64,000 bases of DNA. It comes from an uncultured virus (IMG/VR IMGVR_UViG_3300020582_000004). Taxonomy: Duplodnaviria > Heunggongvirae > Uroviricota > Caudoviricetes. Numbering within the stretch: the first letter of the stretch is position 1; each line of letters opens with the position of its first letter. Positions 18,430 through 27,242 of the stretch are shown piece by piece. Made by a program: the position numbers and the translations under genes. Under the pieces are notes generated by a model. The model was not told the DNA's origin, did no database searches, and saw only the letters and a program-made list of their open reading frames with translations. Where the stretch lies: IMG/VR virus record IMGVR_UViG_3300020582_000004. One strand, 5' to 3'.

Positions 18430-19536
18430 ATGACTGATTACGCTGCCGCACCGCTTCAGCCCATTGCCAATCTTCTTCTCAATCCGGTCAACGTGCCGAT
18501 TTTGGGAGACTCGCCTCTCTTTCAGGGTCGAGGCGTGGCGTCGGTCGTGCGCACTCCTGGAGGCGCCGCATTTGGTGACTTCACGATTCTGCTTGATCCA
18601 GGTCTTCCCGGAGACATTGATCTCTTCACGGGTGCTGGGTACACGCTCATCACGAACCGCGGAACGCTTGGTGCGCTCGACGGAGGCACGACGATTACGC
18701 AGATGGCGGTGACGTATCCCACGATCTTTACCGTGCGCGTTGTGTTCTCTATCGCGAGCGTTGGCACGGATCCCGAGGAAGCTGACATCATCATTTGGCG
18801 CTCGAATCCAGGAAACCTTGCGACGCAGGGTGGTGGCGGAGGAGGCGGAGGAGGCGGAGGCGGAGGTGGTATCGGGACGCCCGTTCCACTCGGAACGGCT
18901 GCCAACTTCACGTTGCTTGCGAAGACTGCCATCTCGAACGTGCCGACGTCAGCCATCACTGGCAACGTTGGTCTTTCGCCTGCGGCGCATACGTTCTTTA
19001 CGGGCTGGTCGCAGAGTCCGGCTCCTCCTGGTTCATCGGCGACATCGGCGCAGGTGACTGGTTTGATGTATGCGGCTGACTACGATCCGCCGACACCGGC
19101 TAATCTGACTCAAGCGGTCCTCGATATGCAGGCCGCTTACACAGCAGCCGCAGCGCAAGCTCCAACGGTCGTGAATCTCAATGCCGGAGACATTAGCGGT
19201 CGCACGCTGCCTCCTGGTGTTTATAAGTTCACGTCGGGACTTCTCATCAATGCGGATATCACGCTCAGTGGCGGTCCGAATGACGTGTGGGTGTTCCAGG
19301 TTGGCACGACGATTACGCAAGCGAGCGCAACAACGGTTCACCTCACGGGCGGCGCGCAAGCCAAGAACGTCTTTTGGCAGGCCGCTGGAATCATCTCGCT
19401 TGGAACAACGGCTGTTGGCGCCGGTATCTATCTTGGCCAGACGCAGATCAACTTTCTCACGGGAGCTTCTGTCGTTGGACAGCTCTACGCGCAATCGCAA
19501 ATTACTCTTGAGTCCAACGTTGTGACGCACTCGTAA
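18430..19536 (+). CDS. Paralog-family domain fused via poly-Gly linker to DUF3494 ice-binding-like domain
   Basis: N-terminus MTDYAAAPLQPI...LDPGLPG. C-terminus PVPLGTAANFTLLAK...ITGNVGLSP...DMQAAY...TLPPGVYK...VWVFQ...GGAQAKNVFWQ is the typical DUF3494 beta-solenoid. Confidence 0.85.
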   Translation: MTDYAAAPLQPIANLLLNPVNVPILGDSPLFQGRGVASVVRTPGGAAFGDFTILLDPGLPGDIDLFTGAGYTLITNRGTLGALDGGTTITQMAVTYPTIFTVRVVFSIASVGTDPEEADIIIWRSNPGNLATQGGGGGGGGGGGGGGIGTPVPLGTAANFTLLAKTAISNVPTSAITGNVGLSPAAHTFFTGWSQSPAPPGSSATSAQVTGLMYAADYDPPTPANLTQAVLDMQAAYTAAAAQAPTVVNLNAGDISGRTLPPGVYKFTSGLLINADITLSGGPNDVWVFQVGTTITQASATTVHLTGGAQAKNVFWQAAGIISLGTTAVGAGIYLGQTQINFLTGASVVGQLYAQSQITLESNVVTHS

Positions 19537-19551
19537 AGAAGGAAATTAGTC

Positions 19552-19932
19552 ATGACAGATTACGCAGCAGCGCCGCTTCAGCCGATCGCAAATTGTGTGA
19601 TCGATGTTCTGTCTCCTACTCTCTTTGACGGCGGTCAGGGGATTTTGAGCGTCGTTCGTACGCCTGCCGGTGCTCCGCTTTTTGGGAGCGCGGCGGGTGA
19701 TTTTCTCATCACGCTCGATCCTGGTTTGCCAGGCGACGTAGGACTCGACGGCAACTTTGGTCGTACGACGCTTACGCAGCGAGGGACGCTTGGTCTTCTT
19801 GCAGGCGGAACGACGATCACTGGAGAAGCCGTCTCCTATCCTTCGCAGACGACCGTTCGAGTGGTGTTTACCGTCGGAACGGTTGCAACGGATCCAGCAG
19901 AAACAGAAGTTCTCATTTGGCGCGGTAATTGA
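19552..19932 (+). CDS. Beta-rich structural paralog family, member 7
   Basis: MTDYAAAPLQPIAN...GDFLITLDPGLPG...EVLIWR. Confidence 0.75.
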   Translation: MTDYAAAPLQPIANCVIDVLSPTLFDGGQGILSVVRTPAGAPLFGSAAGDFLITLDPGLPGDVGLDGNFGRTTLTQRGTLGLLAGGTTITGEAVSYPSQTTVRVVFTVGTVATDPAETEVLIWRGN

Positions 19933-19967
19933 TTAGTGATTGGTGATTGGTTGGAATGGAGACGGCG

Positions 19968-20399
19968 ATGAAAGAATTCATGCATGAACATCCCTGGATG
20001 ACGTTTTTCCTCGGGATGGCTGCGATTCATGGCGTCGCTACGATCGTATCGACGGTGGCGGGTCCGCCTCGTTCGAGAATTCCAGGTCCGATTCCTCATC
20101 GACCGATCGCGCCTCACGCTCAGAGCCCCATTGGGTCCGCTCAGCAGATGCTGCATTACACGGGTGCCGTGAACCGTGGAGGGTTTAGGTCCCAGAATGG
20201 GATGCCCTATGGTCCGGGTCCGTGGCCCACGCAAAATGCGAGTGAGAACCCGCAACAAGCGGCAGCTCCTGAGATGACGGGATGGGGGCACGGCGAGATG
20301 CCGACTCCGTTTGGGCTTTCGCTTTATTCGCGTGATGGCTGGCCGAACGGCGGTGGTGGTCACGGCGGTTATCCGTACAGCGCCCCGTGGTGGGAGTGA
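19968..20399 (+). CDS. Small membrane protein
   Basis: N-terminal hydrophobic helix; P/G-rich tail. Confidence 0.55.
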   Translation: MKEFMHEHPWMTFFLGMAAIHGVATIVSTVAGPPRSRIPGPIPHRPIAPHAQSPIGSAQQMLHYTGAVNRGGFRSQNGMPYGPGPWPTQNASENPQQAAAPEMTGWGHGEMPTPFGLSLYSRDGWPNGGGGHGGYPYSAPWWE

Positions 20400-20404
20400 G
20401 TTGA

Positions 20405-21166
20405 ATGGCTGCTCAAGCGAAAAAGTTTTCGCGAGACTCTTCTTTCAAAAAGAAGCCTAATAGAGCTGCGTCTATTTTTTCGGTTGGTGCTTCGGATCTT
20501 AAAGGCGCTGCTGATATGATCGCTCGAGCGCGTGCTCGTCGCATCGAGGCTCGTGAGCGCGCTGAGGAAGCTCGCCGCGAAGGTCCTTCGGCGAGCGCCA
20601 TGAAGAGCAATCCTGCAGCGCTTCGAGCTGCGCTCAAGCGTCGCCAGGTTGCTCGGATCTCGAAGCCGGGAAAAGCTAATCCCAAGTCGAGAGACACCGA
20701 GCACGTCTTTACGGCTGATGGAACCAGGTATGCGCGTACGGATCTTTATCGGCCAACGATCAAAGATCGCATTGAAGGTGTGAAGCGTCGCGCTGCGAAT
20801 CGTTCGTTCGACTGGTGGGAGCAGCACAAGAAGCAAGTCGTGGTGGCGGGTATCGCTACTGTTGCAGGCTTCATGATTTACGGCGCGTGGAAAAACGCGC
20901 AGCTCGAGAGGCAGCTCGGGGTGAGCCGCGCGCGTCCTTTGCCGAAGTCGCTTGTGCCTTCTCATCCTGCGGCGAAGTCGCGTGTGGGTTGGGGGCTTCC
21001 GCCTCCTGATTCGTATGGGTGGTTTTATCCGCAGTCGTGGGATTGGGCTTGGAATGACGATGGCTACGATTATCCGTTCGTCGCCGCGCCTCCGTCACCT
21101 GTGGTGACGAAAGGCCACTTTGCTGGGATGCCGCGTCCGCTCTATCCGGCGCGCCGGAGCTATTAG
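20405..21166 (+). CDS. Basic membrane protein
   Basis: Arg/Lys-rich N-terminal half, one TM helix, TKGHFAG motif. Confidence 0.6.
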   Translation: MAAQAKKFSRDSSFKKKPNRAASIFSVGASDLKGAADMIARARARRIEARERAEEARREGPSASAMKSNPAALRAALKRRQVARISKPGKANPKSRDTEHVFTADGTRYARTDLYRPTIKDRIEGVKRRAANRSFDWWEQHKKQVVVAGIATVAGFMIYGAWKNAQLERQLGVSRARPLPKSLVPSHPAAKSRVGWGLPPPDSYGWFYPQSWDWAWNDDGYDYPFVAAPPSPVVTKGHFAGMPRPLYPARRSY

Positions 21167-21175
21167 GAGTTAGTC

Positions 21176-21601
21176 ATGGAAGATATCGGAAAAGGAAAGT
21201 GGTACGGGCTGACTACGGTAGCTGGGACCGCTTGGATATTTGGAAAAATTGCGGCCCGAAATGAATTTGAATTGGGCTCGCGTGAAGTGACGCCTCATAA
21301 ACGCGCAGAACATATTCAAAATGGAGAGACTCTTGATTTGGTTTCTAATGTTGGTGTCGCTTATTTGCTTTACGATTTATTCAAGCGTCATCCAAAATTG
21401 GCCGCGGGAGGGGTTATGGCTTGGGTTGGAGTTTCAGCCTTTTTTTCAAGCATTGAGGCTGGCGGTCCATTCATTGATAGTTTGATGGGGCGTTCTCGTT
21501 TATCGTCTCACGCGACTGGGTGGGATCAGTGGTACGTCGGCGCGCCGGGGCAGGATTACTCGTTCACGCGTCGTCCGGGATACAACGACAAGAATTACTG
21601 A
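21176..21601 (+). CDS. Membrane protein
   Basis: AGGAG RBS; hydrophobic helices. Confidence 0.6.
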   Translation: MEDIGKGKWYGLTTVAGTAWIFGKIAARNEFELGSREVTPHKRAEHIQNGETLDLVSNVGVAYLLYDLFKRHPKLAAGGVMAWVGVSAFFSSIEAGGPFIDSLMGRSRLSSHATGWDQWYVGAPGQDYSFTRRPGYNDKNY

Positions 21602-21642
21602 TCGGAGACTGAGGGTTGGATTGGGATTGAGTAGGAGCTTTC

Positions 21643-21981
21643 ATGTCAATGTCAAAACGCACAACGGACTTTGCGCTCATCGCGACCGGCGTAGGCCTTT
21701 GGTACGTTGGCGCGAAAGTCTTCGCAGATCATCATGAGAACGTCGCCATTGGCGCTCATGACGATTTCCAGCATCGCTATGCGACTGCTATCGGAACTGC
21801 GGCAACGCTTGCGGGGCTCGGCCTCGCCGTGTACGGCACGTACCGCGTCAATCCCAAGTGGGGCAAGGGTCTCGGGACTCTGCTCGGTGGTTTGATCGCT
21901 TACAACGTGTACAAGCACAAGAAGGGCGAGCCGCTGATTTCTCTTTCTCCTTTCAAGCCTCCCATGCCTCTTCACGCCTAA
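21643..21981 (+). CDS. Membrane protein
   Basis: Three hydrophobic segments. Confidence 0.6.
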   Translation: MSMSKRTTDFALIATGVGLWYVGAKVFADHHENVAIGAHDDFQHRYATAIGTAATLAGLGLAVYGTYRVNPKWGKGLGTLLGGLIAYNVYKHKKGEPLISLSPFKPPMPLHA

Positions 21982-21994
21982 GCCGAGACCGAAC

Positions 21995-22363
21995 ATGAGA
22001 CTCACAAGTGCAATTTTTGGTGCATTCGCTGGCGGCGCTTACGGCGTTGTCATGAACAAAGACCCATGGAAGTCTGCTCTTTGGGGCGGCGGCATCGGTC
22101 TCGTCTTGACGCTCATCGGAGGCGCGAGCCTGTCTGTTGGTGGGATCAGTCTTCGAGTGGGAGCTGACGGTGTGGATGTCTTCCGCGCGCAGACAATGCT
22201 CAATCAGCTCGGATATCACACGAGCATGAGCGGTACTCTTGGACCGGATACTGTTTCAGCGTTGAAGCGGTTTCAGGCTTCCATGGGTTTGACGTCCGAT
22301 GGAACCCTTACGAATCAAACTTTCAATCTTCTTCAGCAGCTTTCTATGCCTGGTCCTTCGTGA
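21995..22363 (+). CDS. Membrane protein with peptidoglycan-binding domain
   Basis: LRVGADGVDVFRAQTMLNQLGY...GTLGPDTVSALKRFQASMGLTSDG (PG_binding_1). Confidence 0.8.
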   Translation: MRLTSAIFGAFAGGAYGVVMNKDPWKSALWGGGIGLVLTLIGGASLSVGGISLRVGADGVDVFRAQTMLNQLGYHTSMSGTLGPDTVSALKRFQASMGLTSDGTLTNQTFNLLQQLSMPGPS

Positions 22364-22398
22364 CTCGTGAATCGTAATCGTGAAAGCGAGATGAAATT

Positions 22399-22728
22399 AT
22401 GAATCCCTGGTACGGCGGTTACGGTGGATACGGCGGCTATGGCGGCTATGGTCCTTACGGCTATGGTGGTTATGGCGGCTTCGGTGGTTACGGCTACTGG
22501 CCATTCGGCTTCGTAGGAGCTGATGCCGCTGGCCCTGCTGGCCCTGCTGGTCCGGCTGGTCCCGCAGGTCCCGCGGGTCCTGCGGGCTCACCCGGTTTGT
22601 CGGGATACGTCGATGATAGTTACGGCCCAGGATGGGACGGACGAGGGTGGGGCTACGGTGGCGGTCCGTACAGCGGCTGGGGCTACGGCGGCTTCGGCTA
22701 CGGCGGCTTCCCGTGGGGCGGCTGGTGA
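22399..22728 (+). CDS. Gly/Tyr-rich protein with short collagen-like (GPA)n segment
   Basis: GGY repeats flanking GPAGPAGPAGPAGPAGPAGSPG. Confidence 0.6.
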   Translation: MNPWYGGYGGYGGYGGYGPYGYGGYGGFGGYGYWPFGFVGADAAGPAGPAGPAGPAGPAGPAGSPGLSGYVDDSYGPGWDGRGWGYGGGPYSGWGYGGFGYGGFPWGGW

Positions 22729-22829
22729 CGTTTCGGTCTCTGAGTTGAGTTTCCAAAGAATTTGGGAAAAAAGACTCAGGGGCGTTTTTGTAATATCGTG
22801 TATGTGCCTGATAACCAGAGAGAAAAACA

Positions 22830-23270
22830 ATGGCTGAACTCGATCTCAATGCTCCTCGTCCCGTTCCGTTTTGGCTGCGTCGCCGAAACGAAGCAAGCGG
22901 TCTCCTTGGCAACCTTCAGAGGCGCGTCAAGAACCTCAGCACCGCACAGTTCGTGCTCGTTGCTGGGGCTGGCGTTCTTCTGCTCGATCACTTGATCGCG
23001 CCGAAGGGAATGTCGTTTGCTTCGAAAGCTCTCGACAAAGTTTTGCCGGGTTCACGACTTCCTCTTCCGCCTCCACTGCCTCCTCCGGCTGCGATTGCTG
23101 CTGCGAAGGGCTACTTCTCGGGAGCCAATAACATGGCTGGGTGGAACCGTGGCATGTCTCCGTACGGCGGCATGGACGGCTTCTACTGGCATGGTCACGG
23201 CGGTCCGTGGCGCAACTGGCACAACGATCCCTGGAACTACGGCAATCTCGAGTACCCCTGGGCGATGTGA
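22830..23270 (+). CDS. Membrane protein
   Basis: TM segment, Pro-rich linker, AKGYFSG motif. Confidence 0.6.
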   Translation: MAELDLNAPRPVPFWLRRRNEASGLLGNLQRRVKNLSTAQFVLVAGAGVLLLDHLIAPKGMSFASKALDKVLPGSRLPLPPPLPPPAAIAAAKGYFSGANNMAGWNRGMSPYGGMDGFYWHGHGGPWRNWHNDPWNYGNLEYPWAM

Positions 23271-23308
23271 TTGGGCTGTAGTGGTGTGAAGTTGAGGAGA
23301 GTCAGGCA

Positions 23309-23629
23309 ATGACGGAATCCGAGCTTTTTGATCTCGATCACGAGCTTGCACAAGGACCGCGTCTCGTGAGGGATGCGGTTTTTGGTGCATGCGTTGGGGC
23401 CGCGGTCAGCTGGCTCGGATATTCCGGAAGCAAGAACCTGTTTGCGTCGGCTGTTCAGGGCGCGGGTGTCGGCGCAACGCTGGCTTTGCTTTCGTATGGC
23501 TTCGAGCAGTGGAAGTCTTCTCGCGAGCATGTGCTTCTCGGTTCGGGCTTGCCTCGGCATGTTGCAGGAGCTTTGGCGCCCTATCCGTGTTACGCGCCCT
23601 CCGTGACGTATCCTTGGTCGAGTCATTGA
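23309..23629 (+). CDS. Small membrane protein
   Basis: Two glycine-zipper-like hydrophobic helices; GAGGAG RBS. Confidence 0.55.
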   Translation: MTESELFDLDHELAQGPRLVRDAVFGACVGAAVSWLGYSGSKNLFASAVQGAGVGATLALLSYGFEQWKSSREHVLLGSGLPRHVAGALAPYPCYAPSVTYPWSSH

Positions 23630-23632
23630 GTC

Positions 23633-24148
23633 ATGGCGATCTTGGATGAAGACTTCGATGATGAAGATGAAGGCGAAGCGAAGCCAGTTCGTCGGTCTGC
23701 GCATTTTACGCCATCAAGTAGAAAGCTGAGCGCAATGTCGATTGTCGCTAAACTGAAGAAGGTGAAGCCCGTTTACTGGGTCTTGGGACTCGGTGGAGCG
23801 GCGCTCGCAGTCGACTACTTCGTTGATGGCGAACATTCGATTGTGTCGTCTCTCTACCGCGGCGTGTTCGGCGGTCACGGTCATGGTGGAGGAGGCGGAG
23901 GAGGCGGTGGTGGTGGAGGCGGCGGTGGCGGAGGGAGGGGGCGCGCGCCTGGAGCAGCGCCAGCAGTTCTTCCAGCAGTGCCTGCGGTGCCGACGGGTTA
24001 CTACCCTGCGTACCCCGCATCTGTGTACGCGTGGAGCGGATATCCGTACGGCGGATACGGCGCTCGACATCTTGGTCACGGTTTTGGGCGGAGTTTTGGA
24101 CATGGCCCGTTTGGTCACGGTGGTTTTAGCCACTGGAGCCATCGCTGA
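23633..24148 (+). CDS. Membrane protein with poly-Gly tract
   Basis: TM segment followed by a long Gly run. Confidence 0.6.
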   Translation: MAILDEDFDDEDEGEAKPVRRSAHFTPSSRKLSAMSIVAKLKKVKPVYWVLGLGGAALAVDYFVDGEHSIVSSLYRGVFGGHGHGGGGGGGGGGGGGGGGGRGRAPGAAPAVLPAVPAVPTGYYPAYPASVYAWSGYPYGGYGARHLGHGFGRSFGHGPFGHGGFSHWSHR

Positions 24149-25122
24149 TGAGTGACGGCAGCGGAGTCGTCATCGGTCTTCTTGGAACGGCGGTTGGCGT
24201 CGTAGCGGTCGATTACGCCTTTTCAGCGCCTGGCGATTCGTGGGTCTCGAAGCTCATGTCTGCTGCATCGATGGGACCTCGAGCGTTGCCGGCTGGAGGT
24301 GGGGCTGGAGGTGGGGCTGGAGGTGGGGCTGGAGGTAGAGGTGGTCGGCCGCCTGGGTCGTCTGGAGCGCCTCGCGGCATGCGGCGACCGGCGCCGACGG
24401 GACCTGCGCCGCTTGTTGTGACGCCGGCTCTTGTTAATCAGGTTGCGGCGCAGCTCAATCAGCTCCTTCACACGAACCTGCCGTCGAATGGTCTCGTCAC
24501 GGAAGACATGAAGCAGGCGCTCATGGCGCTTCAACGTCAGCTCGGAATTTCTCCGACTGGCTTTCCAGATCAGAAAACGCTTCAGGGATTGCGCACCGCG
24601 CTTACGCACGGAGTGGCGAAAGCAAAGAAAGCTACGCCGATTGCCGATGCCGGTAACTTCGTCTCGAAGGCGTTTGGCGGTCCTCCGTCGTCGCCTTCTA
24701 CTGGGCCGGATGAAGGCGTGCGCAAAGCGCAGCAGATGCTCAATACGTTCTTTGGTCATCATGTCGTCGATGAAAACGGAATGATGGATTCGGTCATGGC
24801 CGGCATCATCACGGAGTTCCAAACGGCTCAGGGACTGCCGAAGACTGGAACGATCGATAGCAAGACTCACGACTTGCTCGAGAATCTCACTTCGCAAGGA
24901 GCCGCGTTGTTCTCTCACCGAACCGGCGCTGACAGCGGCGATTGGAAAACTGAGACTCAGTCGCTTGGTTCCGCGGCTCAAGACATCATCGCCAAGGTGA
25001 TCTCCGAAGGGAACTCGAGAACAATGCTTTCGGTTTCGAAGCTCTTGAAGGCTGCCGGTTTTTCTCAAGCTGCGGCTGCTACGTCAGCTCCATCAGGTAG
25101 TGCCACATCGGGCTGGTGGTGA
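24148..25122 (+). CDS. Membrane-anchored protein with two peptidoglycan-binding domains
   Basis: LQRQLGISPTGFPDQKT and VRKAQQMLN...EFQTAQGLPKTGTIDSKT. Confidence 0.75.
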   Translation: MSDGSGVVIGLLGTAVGVVAVDYAFSAPGDSWVSKLMSAASMGPRALPAGGGAGGGAGGGAGGRGGRPPGSSGAPRGMRRPAPTGPAPLVVTPALVNQVAAQLNQLLHTNLPSNGLVTEDMKQALMALQRQLGISPTGFPDQKTLQGLRTALTHGVAKAKKATPIADAGNFVSKAFGGPPSSPSTGPDEGVRKAQQMLNTFFGHHVVDENGMMDSVMAGIITEFQTAQGLPKTGTIDSKTHDLLENLTSQGAALFSHRTGADSGDWKTETQSLGSAAQDIIAKVISEGNSRTMLSVSKLLKAAGFSQAAAATSAPSGSATSGWW

Positions 25123-25125
25123 GCC

Positions 25126-27102
25126 ATGTTCTACGGCGACTGGGCCGCCTACGTACCTGAGTGGGTGGCGCTCGAGCTTGAGCGCGTCATCGGTGATTAC
25201 ATCGAGCGCTACATGCCGCCACCGGCGCCAAGCCCTTTTGCGGGGTGCTGCGGCTTTGGTGGATATGATGGATTTGGCGGCGAGTTCGTGGGTTGGTCGC
25301 AGCCTCCGCGTCCGGCCGATGTGATCGTCAGCTTTAATCCGCATGCGAGTCGCCAGGAGCAAGCTCGCGCTGTTCTCTATGACTATTACCACGATGATCC
25401 GCTTCGGTACTGGAGCGACAACGAAGCCGTGAAGCGTTGTTTTATCGGTGGCTCGGATCCTCGAAAAGAGAATCACGATCCGCTTTTGCTCATTGCTGCT
25501 TACGAAAATCCCAAGCACAAGCTTTGGAAGTGCACTGGAACCGGCATGTCGTGGAAAGAGATGAACGATGCTGTTCAGCAAGCCATCGCTCATCGTAAAA
25601 AGCTAGGTCCGCTTCCGAAGTCGTCTTACGACACGAATCCGATTGTCATTTACTATTACGATAACGACAAGATGAAGCGGATTACGTATCCGCTCTCGAG
25701 CGTTCCGCAGGCTCTTGATCCGCACAACTTTCGCTGGTGGGCGCCGGCCATTGGTGGCGATGGGAGTGATGCAGGCAAAGCTGCTGGACTTGACGACGTC
25801 CATACGCGTGAAGCCGATGATCCGAAGAAGATCGCTGTGGAGCGCGCTCATCCCGGTTGGACAAAGGACAAGGACAATACGGGCTCGGCTGGCGGTTGGA
25901 CAAATGAACAGTTCACGTGGGACAAAGACGTCGCTGGGACTGGCGTGATTGGCTCGATCACGGGCGCCATTCTCGCGCTCGTTTCTGCGGTGCTCGATGC
26001 AACGGGCATCGGCGCTGTCGTTGGCGTGCCGCTTGGGATCGCGACGCCTTTCATCGTTGCGGCCATCAACGCAACAGATACAGCGCTGCATGCTGGAGAC
26101 TTTGGAGCTGCGCTCGCGAACCTTGGTCCGGCTCTCGCTCAGGCCGCGATCAGTGCAGCAGGAAAAGGCGCTGGCGCAGCTGGAATTAGTATTCCACCAG
26201 CTGCCATGAAGGCGCTTGGCGGCACTGTGACTGCGATTTCAAAAGACATTGCAGCAGGGCAAAATAAGAAACTTGATTTCGGTCAAGTCTGGACGGCTGC
26301 TGCTGCAAAGGCAAAGAGCTATAGCAAGATTGGTGATGCAGAAGCCGAATCGATTGCAACGGTGCTCGGCGGCCCTGGAGGTCAAAGCGGGACCGCGGGT
26401 CACGTCTTCGTTCAAGGCTATCTTGCTGGAAAGTTTCTCGATCAAAAAGCGCTTGGTGGCATTGCGAAAATTCTTCAAGCGTGGACCGTATTTGGCGACT
26501 CTCGAATCATCAACATTGCTCTTTTGGGAATGGGGATCGGGTACGTTTCGCAAAAGCAGCACGCTGGCCTTCTTTCAAGCGCCTCGACGAGAGGAGAGTT
26601 TGCTGGCCAAATCATTTTTGGTAGTCCTCGTGATGATGCGCGTTATGACCTTGCACAGTTTGCGCACTTTTATCTCGCTCCTCGTTACGGGATTGGTCCA
26701 AACCAAACAGGGGAGATGACTGGGTTCGAAGTGTTTGAAGGGTTTGATGAGATGGTGGGATTTGTGTGCCCAGAGGGTTATGACCCAGTCATTGGTAGTA
26801 CTCAATTGGCTTGTGCTTATCGCGCCAAGGCTGCGTGCTTGAACGGTTACACGAATGAGTTTGGAAAGTTCACGTGCAGCGACTGGGACTATCCACCGTG
26901 TCCACCTGGCATGGTGAATATGTCTGGCAGTCCGAAAAACTGGTGCTTTCCCGTTTCAGGCTCTCATGCTGTAGGAGGCGATACACCGGACTACAGCTTT
27001 CCAGCACTTGGGTGTCCGCACGGGCAGTGGTGGGATTCTTTGACAGGGACTTGTCGACCTGCGCCGCCGCTTCCTCCTCGCACTGGGTTCGGTTTTTGGT
27101 AA
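25126..27102 (+). CDS. Large membrane-associated virion-like protein
   Basis: Hydrophobic hairpin and Ala/Gly-rich helices; Cys-rich C-terminus (CPHGQWWD...C); GEFVG and GEFAG motifs. Confidence 0.7.
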   Translation: MFYGDWAAYVPEWVALELERVIGDYIERYMPPPAPSPFAGCCGFGGYDGFGGEFVGWSQPPRPADVIVSFNPHASRQEQARAVLYDYYHDDPLRYWSDNEAVKRCFIGGSDPRKENHDPLLLIAAYENPKHKLWKCTGTGMSWKEMNDAVQQAIAHRKKLGPLPKSSYDTNPIVIYYYDNDKMKRITYPLSSVPQALDPHNFRWWAPAIGGDGSDAGKAAGLDDVHTREADDPKKIAVERAHPGWTKDKDNTGSAGGWTNEQFTWDKDVAGTGVIGSITGAILALVSAVLDATGIGAVVGVPLGIATPFIVAAINATDTALHAGDFGAALANLGPALAQAAISAAGKGAGAAGISIPPAAMKALGGTVTAISKDIAAGQNKKLDFGQVWTAAAAKAKSYSKIGDAEAESIATVLGGPGGQSGTAGHVFVQGYLAGKFLDQKALGGIAKILQAWTVFGDSRIINIALLGMGIGYVSQKQHAGLLSSASTRGEFAGQIIFGSPRDDARYDLAQFAHFYLAPRYGIGPNQTGEMTGFEVFEGFDEMVGFVCPEGYDPVIGSTQLACAYRAKAACLNGYTNEFGKFTCSDWDYPPCPPGMVNMSGSPKNWCFPVSGSHAVGGDTPDYSFPALGCPHGQWWDSLTGTCRPAPPLPPRTGFGFW

Positions 27103-27170
27103 GTGGTCGTGGCTCGGGAGTAGTGATACGTTCGTAATTTGAAATTTCGTGTGGCTGTGAAAGACGAGCT

Positions 27171-27180
27171 GAATAGGTGC
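27171..27180 (+). promoter_or_regulatory. GAATAGGTGC motif, copy 2
   Basis: Intergenic, about 60 nt upstream of the 27243 ORF. Confidence 0.6.
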
Positions 27181-27242
27181 AGCGAGTCTCTCTGGTTTTC
27201 GCAATCGATGTTGTTGTCGTTTGCTGATGGAGAGCGTGCACC

